A stretch of 64,000 bases of DNA, from the NCBI RefSeq assembly GCF_018977255.1, contig NW_024704755.1, forward strand, positions 17,794,001 to 17,858,000, given 5' to 3'. Origin of the DNA: Callorhinchus milii. Lineage: Eukaryota. Both the position numbers and the translations under genes were made by a program. Numbering within the stretch: the stretch's first letter is position 1; each line of letters opens with the position of its first letter. The notes below the pieces were generated by a model. It was given only the letters and a program-made list of their open reading frames with translations, was not told where the DNA came from and did not search any database. Positions 34,701-45,000 of the stretch are shown here, piece after piece.

Positions 34701-36597
34701 TAACGTTTTTCATTTGTATGTAATTAACTCTACTTTATAATATTTAATAACTGAACATATAACAATCCTTGCATTTGATACAGCGCCTTATCACATCTTC
34801 GAGACGTCTCAAAGCTCTTCACAGGATATACTGTAAAGTGAATTGACTGAATATTTTGTGGCCGAATCATGGCATCCAATTGCACACAGCAGCGTCCCAC
34901 AAACAGTTGTGGATTGAGTGACCAAATTATTATTATTATTTTTTGGAGGGATTATCACCCCCGGAAAAGTGATCCACCAATGGACTAACAACCAGGTTCC
35001 TACTTACTGCTAGTTAATCATAGGCTTGTGAAGTAAGCAAATGCATTTAAAGTTTTGCCCTGTCCGGGAATTAAACGCGGGTCCTCTCGTTTGTGAGGTG
35101 AGCACTCTATAGGCTCCATATTACTAACTAAGCTCTCCAGAGTTCAGGATTTCAGGCATATTGCCTGGTCTTTGTTGCGATAGCTGACTCTGCAGGCAGT
35201 TAGGGAGTGGCAAAGGAGACTATTGCTGTCCTGATCCCAACTACTTATAATTTGGTTTAAGTGGACATTGAGTGAAATCAGCTTCAGGAGCTTTTATTAA
35301 CAACAGACGTGAAGTACAGGTGATTATTCAGTTATTTAGAGCATTGGCCTCAGTTGAAGTGTTTTCACTTTGGACACCAAATTTTGGGAATAATATATTA
35401 ATTAGCCTTGGTGGATGTTTCAGTGTCTGTTTATTAGACTGGTTTTAAAGATTTAGCTTTGGTGGGAAGTCATGGATTATGCTCCTTAGAACAAAGGAGG
35501 TTAATTTTTGTTGCTGCTGTTGTTGCCCAGGGTGTTAAGATGGCCCAATCATGAGTATAAATTTCCTGTATAAAGTGTATAACTTTGGAAATGTTGTATT
35601 ACGGTATGAGTGAAGTGAAAGTGCGGAAAGAGTTAAAACAAGGGAATGTCACAAGGTCACAGAGACGGGCCGAGTCAGCAGGGATGAGCAGTCAGATGGC
35701 ACCAGTAGGAATAAACACATCAATGATCGAAACAGTAAAAGAGGAAGAACACACTAAACTAATCAGTCCTAAAAGCTATTTGTGGACATCTCAAGGTCCG
35801 CAGAGATCACGGGATAAAGGAGAGCTAGGCACCGGAGATTAAGGAAGACGACTGAGGGAACAAGCAGTTCCGGATAATAAAGAATGGAATGTTTGAGAAC
35901 CACGGTCAAGATAAGAATAAAGACTTGACTCTGAGTCAGAAGGTTTTGTGTTTAAATCTTGCATCGGGACTTCGATTTACACAGGTTAAACTGATGCTCC
36001 AATGCAGTGCTGGGGTGTGTTGCATTATTAGAGATACTGACCTTCAGATGAGCTGTTAAATCGAGGTCCTGTCTGCCTGTTTGGGTGAATGTTAAAGATG
36101 AGAAGAGAGTTTCTCTCTCTCGGTGTCCTGGCCAACAATCCCCCCAAATATTTGTAGGACGCTGCTATGCGCAAGTGGACTGTTGTGTTCGCCTACAAAT
36201 TCAGTCACTCCATTTCACGAATATGCTGTGAAGCGCTTTGAGACGGCCTCCCTATATAATTAACTGCTAAACCAAATGCAATGAGTGTTTCTTATTGGTA
36301 TGGATCACCTGGAGAAACTCCCTTTTTTTAATAGTGCCATTTGATATTTAACATCCGGTGGACAAGCATTTTAACCATTCCCTCTTCTCCCCTTCGCAGA
36401 CCCAGGGAGCAGCGGCTGAGATCACACTGACTTACACGGCTCTGAATTTGACCAACTCCCAGAAAACTGCCAAATTTAAAGATGAAAAATGTACACAGTA
36501 CGCTGAGGTAAAGACGAGGAACCAAAGAGATAAAGAAGAGAACATTGGAACAGAATCTAGACATGTATCCGGGAAAGATCATCACGGCTGTGTGTGA
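22726..36597 (+). CDS. Gene A: spliced non-rearranging VJ-C1-TM Ig-superfamily receptor with 2 ITIM + 2 ITSM (SIRP-like / antigen-receptor-like), ~376-385 aa
   Basis: Exons 22726-22780, 22948-23262, 26722-27039, 32257-32346, 33303-33340, (33492-33518), 34515-34631 and 36400-36597. All are GT-AG, phases are compatible (1,1,1,1,0,0,0), and the frame is open to TGA. Confidence 0.85.
22948..23262 (+). CDS. Gene A exon: V-set domain with joined J-like G strand
   Basis: Acceptor ttttctgttttggcag; VTIYC...KVDWWR...DAGVYRC...[10 protein letters not shown]; donor g|gtgagt. Confidence 0.93.
26722..27039 (+). CDS. Gene A exon: C1-set Ig domain
   Basis: Acceptor tttctatcccaag; [19 protein letters not shown]...YEASSLL...[10 protein letters not shown]; donor g|gtaagc. 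Confidence 0.93.
27600..30406 (+). mobile_element. Decayed CR1 ORF2 (endonuclease C-terminal part, RT) in gene A intron
   Basis: [35 protein letters not shown] (29473-29484) and a (ttcttatg)n tail at ~30385-30406. Confidence 0.9.
28683..29000 (-). mobile_element. Young SINE inserted in the CR1 NYRP motif
   Basis: Full reverse SINE. Flanks gaaaactata / tatagaccag rejoin to ENYRP with a short duplication. Confidence 0.88.
30678..31013 (-). mobile_element. Full-length young SINE
   Basis: Reverse complement nearly identical to 3318-3646 and 60163-60488. Confidence 0.9.
31311..31770. repeat. Minisatellite, 19 copies of the ~24 bp unit aggagacccgggttgtctcccccc
   Basis: Counted by hand; units vary mainly in C-run length. 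Confidence 0.95.
32257..32346 (+). CDS. Gene A exon: transmembrane [30 protein letters not shown]
   Basis: Acceptor ...gaacccgcag, 90 nt, phase 1-1, donor g|gtaaga; uncharged hydrophobic stretch followed by RK. Confidence 0.88.
33303..33340 (+). CDS. Gene A exon: cytoplasmic 1 ([13 protein letters not shown])
   Basis: ttgtttctaccag acceptor and gag|gttagt donor; converts phase 1 to phase 0, as the ITIM exons require. Confidence 0.7.
33492..33518 (+). CDS. Gene A candidate 27-nt micro-exon (RCPADLPSS)
   Basis: tttttctgtcatcag acceptor and ca|gtaacc donor, phase 0-0. Same size and position as the gene B micro-exon. Confidence 0.45.
34515..34631 (+). CDS. Gene A exon: ITIM (LSYETL) and ITSM (TIYSKV)
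   Basis: ggcccttcag acceptor, cag|gtaagg donor, 39 codons [39 protein letters not shown]. Confidence 0.85.
35890..36245 (+). mobile_element. Older Deu-domain SINE family with a different head (other copies at ~6660-7140, ~23960-24470, ~33820-34380, ~51045-51555)
   Basis: ctgagtcagaagg...ccttcagatgag...gttaaagat...gtgtcctggccaacaatcccc followed by the Deu-type core and L2-like tail. Confidence 0.6.
36400..36597 (+). CDS. Gene A terminal coding exon: ITIM (LTYTAL) and ITSM (TQYAEV)
   Basis: cctcttctccccttcgcag acceptor; [17 protein letters not shown]...CTQYAEVK...HGCV*. Confidence 0.87.
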   Translation, partial: TQGAAAEITLTYTALNLTNSQKTAKFKDEKCTQYAEVKTRNQRDKEENIGTESRHVSGKDHHGCV

Positions 36598-37034
36598 ACT
36601 GTACACCAATCTTTGCTATAATCACTCCAAAGAGCTGTTCATTGTTAAATCACACTCTGTGATTATGGACTTGTGGAGATATCATTTCACATCAAAGTTA
36701 AAATAGAGAATACATTTTGATTCTGTCATCAATCTGCGCTGATAACAATCAATATCTTTTTAGCAACACCAAATGACAAAAGGCATTTAAAGTTACTGTT
36801 AGAATTTCCCTTTTTTACCAAGTAATTAGAGCTTCTGTGCAATAACCTGTCGTGTCGCTGTATAACCAATCGCTATTAAGGAAGTGAGGGCATGAGGCGA
36901 AATCCGCTGATTTTTATAAACACAATATTTTTTNCAAATGTCAAGGCTGTTACTTACCAAATATCTTCTAGCCCTGTGAGGCTAAGAAGGAAGTAGATTG
37001 TGTGATTATCCTTTTTTTGAATCCAGCATATAAT

Positions 37035-37040
37035 AATAAA
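37035..37040 (+). terminator. Candidate polyadenylation signal for gene A
   Basis: AATAAA about 440 nt after the stop codon; unverified. Confidence 0.3.
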
Positions 37041-39030
37041 CCGTGCATTTGTAGTCTCAGATTCTCGATGGTGGATGAATGAGATCATATGGGCTGAAGG
37101 GTCTTCTTCATTCTTGTGATCTTATGTACACATTAATTGCCCTCCTCTGTCATTTTTGAAATGTCTATAATTAGAGGCTGTACGATACAGAAAGATGTAC
37201 AGGGATTATGATATCTCACACCCGAAGGGTAAAGCATGAGGAAAGGTTCTTCTATTGTTCGCGATCGAGTTGCTGAAAGCTGCTAACCCAGGTCGGGCTC
37301 AGGGTTTGACCCCACCCCGGCTTCCTGGTGTCTCAGTGTATATTATACGGTCAGAATCATTCCGAATCGCTTCTTGCCCCGGTGATATCAACAAGAAAAA
37401 CTTTCATTTCTATGGCGCCCTTCATGCGGGGCAACATCTCGGAGCGTTTAGCAATAGTGTGGGTTGAGCTGGGGGAAAGGGGAGCTGACAACAGGCACGG
37501 TGGAGAAGGGAAGTCTTATAATTCATTTTAATTCCAAGAAACACTGATGCAAAGATTATATTTAAATCCAGTTCCGTCAAATTCTGGATACGATTAGAAT
37601 CCCCAATTTCCTTTAAAAATTTTAACAGGGTAATAAGACTCGGAAGCAGACTATTCTGCCTAATCTGTCAGTCAATTTCAACAATTCCAAACGTATGGAT
37701 AAACATGGGTAAATGATTACATTATTACATTTTGTTGCATTTTTCTCTACACAATCTAAAAACATTTACCAAATATTAACAATGCCTCATCCCATGAAAC
37801 AGATAAACAGATATCATGTACAAATGTAAACCTGTTATGATAAAATATTGACAGCTAATTGACATGTACAGTTAAACAGTAAAGTAAAGCCACCAAGCAG
37901 TACTTTATGAATTTACTTTGTTACCCCTTACTATTGTACATTCTGTCCTACATCCAACAATATTTTATTTAAATCAATACAAACAAAAATATCCACGATG
38001 TTCAATTTTGGAAGGTTGACGAACCTCAATACAAAATACATGTGCTGTCCTTGTGTTCTTGGCAAATCAGTTCTCTGAGGCTCTGGACACTGAATATCTG
38101 AACAACAACAACAAATTGTTTGTGTAGCGCCTTTCACGTCAGGAGGACACATGAATTACATGAATTACATGAATGTCTGAATTACAGCTTTGCTGAACCT
38201 CACTGACGGTAAAAAATAAATGGAGTAAATGAACTCAGGAGCAGCTTCGGTCAACCACTGCATCCAACAGTGTGGAAACCGCTCAGCACTGACCTGAGAG
38301 TCTTCAGCTCCTCCACCAGCAAAGCCCATTCCCAGTGACAGTCACACCCTCCAGTGTGCACACACCCTGTCTAACCAGGACATGTGCAGCTGCACAAACC
38401 AAGACATTAGAGACCCTAAAGTTCACGTCCATGTGCTGCTGAAATGAAACCAACTACAGTTACACAACATACACGTGTCCTGGACTCAGGACATTCACAA
38501 TCGCGGTGACCCTCTCTGTACCTGTAAGGCACTGCACCATTTATCTCTTCATGTCCGATCAGGAGCGGATCATCCCCTCCACCACCTGTGACAGGTATTG
38601 TTTTCAAATGAAAGTTTTTTCATTGGTCACCAAGTGAAGGGATTGAAAGGATCTGTCCTCTGAGTGATCTAAACTGTTCTTAATATAGTTACCAAGTAAA
38701 TCATGAAACAATTTCAAACCTATGGATCAACATGTGCATAAACAAGTAAGGTATTACATTATATTGCAATTCTTTCCACACATGTGCATTGTTAATCTTT
38801 CCCAACTATAATCCACAATTTGTTCCAATTGGAAAAAAAAAGAAAAAAATAACTAAAACATTAGTTGTATAATATAATAAGATGCATTGTTTTATCAAGG
38901 TTACAGAAACTACAAACATATCTGTACACTGAGTGTTCGTCACTGAACTTCTGCCTCTGTTTACATCACATCAGCATCTGGCCTCTGTTTGTCCCTATTC
39001 GGTGGTCTCTTCCATCCCTTTGGGTTTCCA

Positions 39031-39099
39031 CTATTTTTTTGAATGAGGCAGATTCAGAACAGCGTAATTTAACCTGTTCTCATCTGTTCCCGTCTGCAC
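39031..39099 (-). CDS. Gene B terminal coding exon VQTGTDENRLNYAVLNLPHSKK* (ITIM LNYAVL)
   Basis: cattgttttccag acceptor; aligns with the gene A ITIM exons. Confidence 0.75.
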   Translation of the reverse strand: MQTGTDENRLNYAVLNLPHSKK

Positions 39100-42000
39100 C
39101 TGGAAAACAATGTCACAGTTACCCCCAATAATCTGTAAAGCGGCAAAACCAATGGATTAAAGTGAGTATTGAAGCTTAAGATTAATATGAAGTATTTAAC
39201 ATTGGTAAAAATAAGTTAACTCCCCCTCACACAAACACACGTCTGTTCTTTCCCCGCTGTACAACAACGACATTCATTGTTGCTATTGGAATCCCACTTT
39301 GATATCTCAAAACTTTCCCCGGTCTCCCCAGTTCCACAAATTACACAGTCCAGTTCACCCCAAACTCTGCCACCCGCATTCTCACCCCCAGCAAACTTGG
39401 CACTCCCATCATCCCAATCCTGACCAGGCTCCACTGGCTCTCTGCTTCCGAAAGGGTCAATCTCACCAACTCACCCTCACATACAAATACCCTCACACCA
39501 AACACCTCCTGATCCCTCCCGATGTACCCGACCCAAAATCAACTCTTGGGTTTGAAAATCACGTCAATCTACATTGGGACAAGCAGTGATAACAAAGGCT
39601 GAAAGACAGACTTGGTAAAGGAGAAGGAATCCTCCAGCCCTCATTGTTCGTTCCTCCGGGTCTGGCCTCCTCCTCGTCCCCCGAGTCCTCCGCTCCACCC
39701 TCAGTGGCTGTGCCTTCAGCCACTATGCCCCGAGGCTCTGGAACTCCCTTCCTCACTCCTTTCACCTCACCCCCTCTCTTCCCACTTTCAGGTCTCAGCT
39801 AAAGACCTTTCTCTTCGACCGCACCTTTGGTCACCTTCCTTCCCCCCACCCCCCCCTGGCTCCTCCCCCCCACCCCCCCTGGCTCCTCCCCCCACCCCCC
39901 TGGCTCCTCCCCCCCACCCCCCCTGGCTCCTCCCCCCCACCCCCCTGGCTCCTCCCCCCCACCCCCCTGGCTCCTCCCCCCACCCCCCTGGCTCCTCCCC
40001 CCCACCCCCCCGGCTCCTCCCCCCACCCCCCGGCTCCTCCCCCCCACCCCCCCCGGCTCCTCCCCCCCGGCTCCTCCCCCCCCCCCGCTCCTCCCCCCCA
40101 CTAACCCCCCCCCGGCTCCTCCCCCCCCGGCTCCTCCCCCCACTACCCCCCGGCTCCTCCCCCCCGGCTCCTCCCCCCACCCCCCCCGGCTCCTCCCCCC
40201 ACCCCCCCCCGGCTCCTCCCCCTGGCTCCTCCCCCCGGCTCCTCCCCCGCCGGCTCCTCCCCCCCACCCCCCCGGCTCCTCCCCCCGGCTCCTCCCCCCC
40301 ACCCCCCCCCCCGGCTCCTCCCCCCCCCGCTCCCCCCCCCACTACGCCCCCCGGCTCCTCCCCCCCCGGCTCCTCCCCCCACCCCCCGGCTCCTCCCCCC
40401 ACCCCCCCCCGGCTCCTCCCCCCGGCTCCTCCCCCCGGGCTCCTCCCCCCGGCTCCTCCCCCCGGCTCCTCCCCCTCCGGCTCCTCCCCCCCACGGCTCC
40501 TCCCCCGGCTCCTCCCCCTGCCCCTGGCTCCTCCCCCTGCCCCTGGCTCCTCCCCCTACCCCTGGCTCCTCCCCCCCACTAACCCCCCCCGGCTCCTCCC
40601 CCCCGGCTCCTCCCCCCCACTACCCCCCGGCTCCTCCCCCCCCCGCTCCTCCCCCCCACTACCCCCCCCCCGGCTCCTCCCCCCCGGCTCCTCCCCCCAC
40701 CCCCCCCGGCTCCTCCCCCCACCCCCCCCGGCTCCTCCCCCCCCGGCTCCTCCCCCCCGGCTCCTCCCCCCACCCCCCCGGCTCCTCCCCCCCCGGCTCC
40801 TCCCCCCACCCCCCCCCCCCGGCTCCTCCCCCCCCCGCTCCCCCCCACTACGCCCCCCCGGCTCCTCCCCCCCGGCTCCTCCCCCCACCCCCCCGGCTCC
40901 TCCCCCACCCCCCCGGCTCCTCCCCCGGCTCCTCCCCCCGGCTCCTCCCCCCGGGCTCCTCCCCCCGGGCTCCTCCTCCCGGCTCCTCCCCCCGGCTCCT
41001 CCCCCTCCGGCTCCTCCCCCCACGGCTCCTCCCCCGGCTCCTCCCCTCCCCCGGCTCCTCCCCCTGCCCCTGGCTCCTCCCCCTGCCCCTGGCTCCTCCC
41101 CCTACCCCTGGCTCCTCCCCCTACCCCTGGCTCGGCCCCGGGATCCGTTACTGTGAAGCTCTGAGACACAATCCGGCGTGGGGGGAGCTGTATAAATCCA
41201 AGTTGTTGTTGTTGTTAGGAATGCTGTTTCAAGGTTTATCTACTCAGGAACATTAAATTCCAGGTTCACTTGGCAGCTCAAGAAAAACTCTTCCTCTGGG
41301 ATATACAGAGCAGGACATTTAATCATGGAATCAGAATTATACAGCACAGAACGAGGCCATTTGGCCCATCTGTCTGTGCCGCTCCCTGAAAAGAGCTTCC
41401 AAATCAATCTCACTCACTGCGCTCTCCCCATAGCCCTGATCAACCCCACTCCCCCACTCTCTCCCCACAACCCCACTCCCCCACTCTCTCCCCACAACCC
41501 CACTCCCCACTCTCTCCCCACAACCCCACTCCCCCACTCTCTCCCCACAACCCCACTCCCCCACTCTCTCCCCACAACCCCACTCCCCCACTCTCTCCCC
41601 ACAACCCCACTCCCCCACTCTCTCCCCACAACCCCACTCCCCCACTCTCTCCCACAACCCCACTCCCCCACTCTCTCCCCACAACCCCACTCACCCACTC
41701 TCTCCCCACAACCCCACTCCCCAGCTCCCCAGAGTCGGGGAGCGGCGGCAGGACAGCGCGGGGAGGAGCCTGGGCCTACTGACCCAGGTACTTAAACTCG
41801 ACGCCGGAGCGAGTTCAGCCCCGGGGGGCGGAGCGGGGGAACCGCTGACGTCATAGATTAGTTTTCAGGTACGTGTGCGCGCAACAAAAAATCAGAGCCC
41901 ACTATGGTCCTGTTGGGTTCGCTGCCCCAATCTACGGGATAATGCCATCCACCTGACCGCTCGCTCCCGGTCCCCGCGTGCGCACTATGGCTGCCGCTTT

Positions 42001-45000
42001 GACCCGAGCCCCCTCACCCCCTCCCTCCCGCCCCCCTCCTCTCTCCCCCAAACCCTCCCCCCTCTGCATCTCTCCCGCTCTCTCCTCCTCTCTCTCCGTC
42101 CCTCTCGTCTTCTATCCCCACTTGACCCTCCCACAACCTCCCTCTGCTCCAGTCTGGGAATCCTCCGCCGGGCTCACCGCGGCACTCGGCATTGGCTGTC
42201 CAGCAGCAGCCACACCGACTGCCCCATTCCCCACCACACTCGCCACCCACCCCGGACACAGACCCGGGGAGTCAACCTCTCCTCCCTCATCCCTGCCTCA
42301 CAACCTGGACCCCCCTCCCCTCCCACACACCCTTCTGTCAACCGCTCCCTCCACATCGGACTGCAAAATGTCCGCTCCCTCTGCAACAAGGCCCTGGTCA
42401 TCAACGATCTCATCCTTGATGAGAACGTTGATATCATGGCCTTAACAGAAACCTGGCTCACCCCAGGCGACACCTTCCCCCTCACGGAGGCCACACCACC
42501 CGGCTACACCTCCCACCACATCCCCCGCCCCAACCGCCGTGGCGGTGGTGTTGCCCTTATCTCAAGGACACCACTTGCCCTATCCCCCTACTCCTCTGGC
42601 TCTTTCCCCTCCTTTGAGCACCTCACCCTCTCCCACCCCTCATTCCTCTCCCTTAAAATCCTCCTCCTCTACCGGCCCCCTAAAACCTCTCCCACCTTCA
42701 TCTCTGACATTTCAACACTCCTCACATCTCTTTGCCTCTGCTCCGATCGCCTCATCATCCTGGGCGACTTTAACCTACACTTCACACCCTCCTGCTCCAT
42801 CTCCACAGACTTCTCTTCCCTGCTCTCCTCACTCAACCTCTCCCTACACATAAACTCCCCCACTCACAGTCACGGCCACCCACTCGATTTGGTGATCACC
42901 CGGGGCCTCAGTGTCTCGGATGTCACTATTACCGACAAGGCCATCTCTGACCACTACTTCATCTCCTTCACCACCTCCACCCCCCTCCCCACCTCCACCA
43001 GACCCACCACCATCTTCTACCGCCCTTGGAAGAAGTTACCCCCACAATCCCTAACCGATGCCTTGGAGTCCTCTGAACTCCTCTCCCTCTGGCCTTCAAC
43101 CCTCACCGACCCCTCTTCTCCTCTCTCCCTCCTCCACAATACCCTCTCCTCCACACTCGATACTCTTGCCCCCATCACTTCCCGCACTGTCTCCTACTCC
43201 CGCTCCTCCCCCTGGTACACCACCCACCTCCGCTCACTGAAAAGCCAGGTGCGGGCTGCTGAACGCACCTGTGTCAAATCTGGCCTAACGGTCCACCGAC
43301 AAATCTGGCTGGACCTCCTCAAAATTTACCGCTCCACTCTAGCCTCGGCCAAGTCGTCCTTCTACTCCAGGATAATCCTGGAGGCGAAGAACAACCCCAG
43401 GCTACTGTTTTCCACCACAACCCGACTCCTCCGTCCCCCCCGCCACCCCGCGCAGGTCATCTCCTCCAACCTTCACTGCGAGGAGATGCTGGATTTCCTT
43501 GAATCCAAGATCAAGGGAATCCGCTCCGCGGTCACTTCCCCTCCAACTTCCACCAACCCCCCACCCCCTCACTCCCACACTCCGACTCCTACCCATCCTC
43601 CCCTACACACCTTCGTACCCGTTTCCCCACCCTCTGTCACCAAACTCATCCTATCCCTAAAACCAACCACCTGCTCCCTTGACCCCATCCCCACTCCACT
43701 CCTTATCTCCCAGCTCCACTTTCTTGCCCCACATATCACCGACATCATCAACCTGTCCCTCTCCTCTGGCTCTGTCCCCATTCCCTTAAAAACTGCCACC
43801 ATCACGCCCACCCTGAAAAAACCCTCCCTTGATGCGTCGCAGCTATCAAGCTACCGGCCCATCTCCAACCTCCCCTTTCTCTCCAAGGTCCTGGAAAGAG
43901 TTGTCGCCTCCCAACTGCGCTCTTTCCTTTCCACCCATTCACTTTTCGAACCCCTTCAGTCAGGTTTCCGTGCTGCCCATAGCACAGAAACTGCCCTGGT
44001 CAAGGTCACCAATGATATCCTGACCATCTGTGACCAGGGCTCCCTCTGCCTCCTCGTCCTCCTCGACCTATCGGCAGCATTCGATACGGTCGACCACGCT
44101 ATCCTACTCCACCGCTTGTCCTCCCACCTCAACCTTCAAGGCACTGTCCTTGAATGGTTTAGGTCATACCTTTCTCACCGTCTTCACTTTGTCTCAACGA
44201 ATGGCTTCTCCTCCACCCCCCGCACTGTCTCATGTGTCTCAACTCCACGACCACCGATGTCCTGACAGCTGTCTGTCCGACATCGAGTCCTGGACAAGAG
44301 ACAACTTTCTTCAGCTCAACGTGCGAAAAACCGAGGCCCTCCTGATTGGCTCACGTCAGCGCCTCTGCACCTCAGGCGCCGACACCATCAGCTCCAAGGC
44401 TGCACTCTCCACCTCTCAAAGCCAGTCAGGAACCTCGGGGTTCTGTTCGACCCTGAGCTGTCCTTTCTCCCTCACATCCGCACCACAACTGGCACCGCCT
44501 TCCATCACCTCCGGAACATCGCCAGACTACGCCATTACCTCACCCCTCACGCTGCTGAAACCCTGGTTCACGCCTTTGTCACCTCAAGGCTGGACTACGG
44601 GAACTCTCTCCTCGTCGGCCTTCCCGGCACCTCCCTCCACACTGCAAGTCATTCAGAACTCTGCAGCTCGTGTACTGTCCCGCACCAGGCCTCGCGCCCA
44701 CATCACTCCCACCCTCGCCCTCGCTCGCCTCCACTGGCTCCCCATCCCCCAGAGGATTGATTTCAAGATCCTCATCCTCACCTAAAAGACCATTCACGGC
44801 CTCGCTCCCTCCTACCTCTCCAACCTACTATCCCCCTATCTACCTGCCCGTTCCTCTGGCTCCGGTCTGCTCCACGTCCCCCGCCCCAACCGCCCTACCA
44901 TCGGTGGTCGGGCCTTCAGCCTCTCAGCCCCGAGGCTCTGGAACTCTATCCCCCAGTGCCTTCGCCGCTTCCTCCCTTTCCTCCTTCAAGGCCGGTCTCA

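Noticed and set aside
39612-41156. 514 aa proline-rich extensin/formin-like ORF
   Set aside because: Product of the C-rich minisatellite; equivalent ORFs appear in several frames and on both strands.
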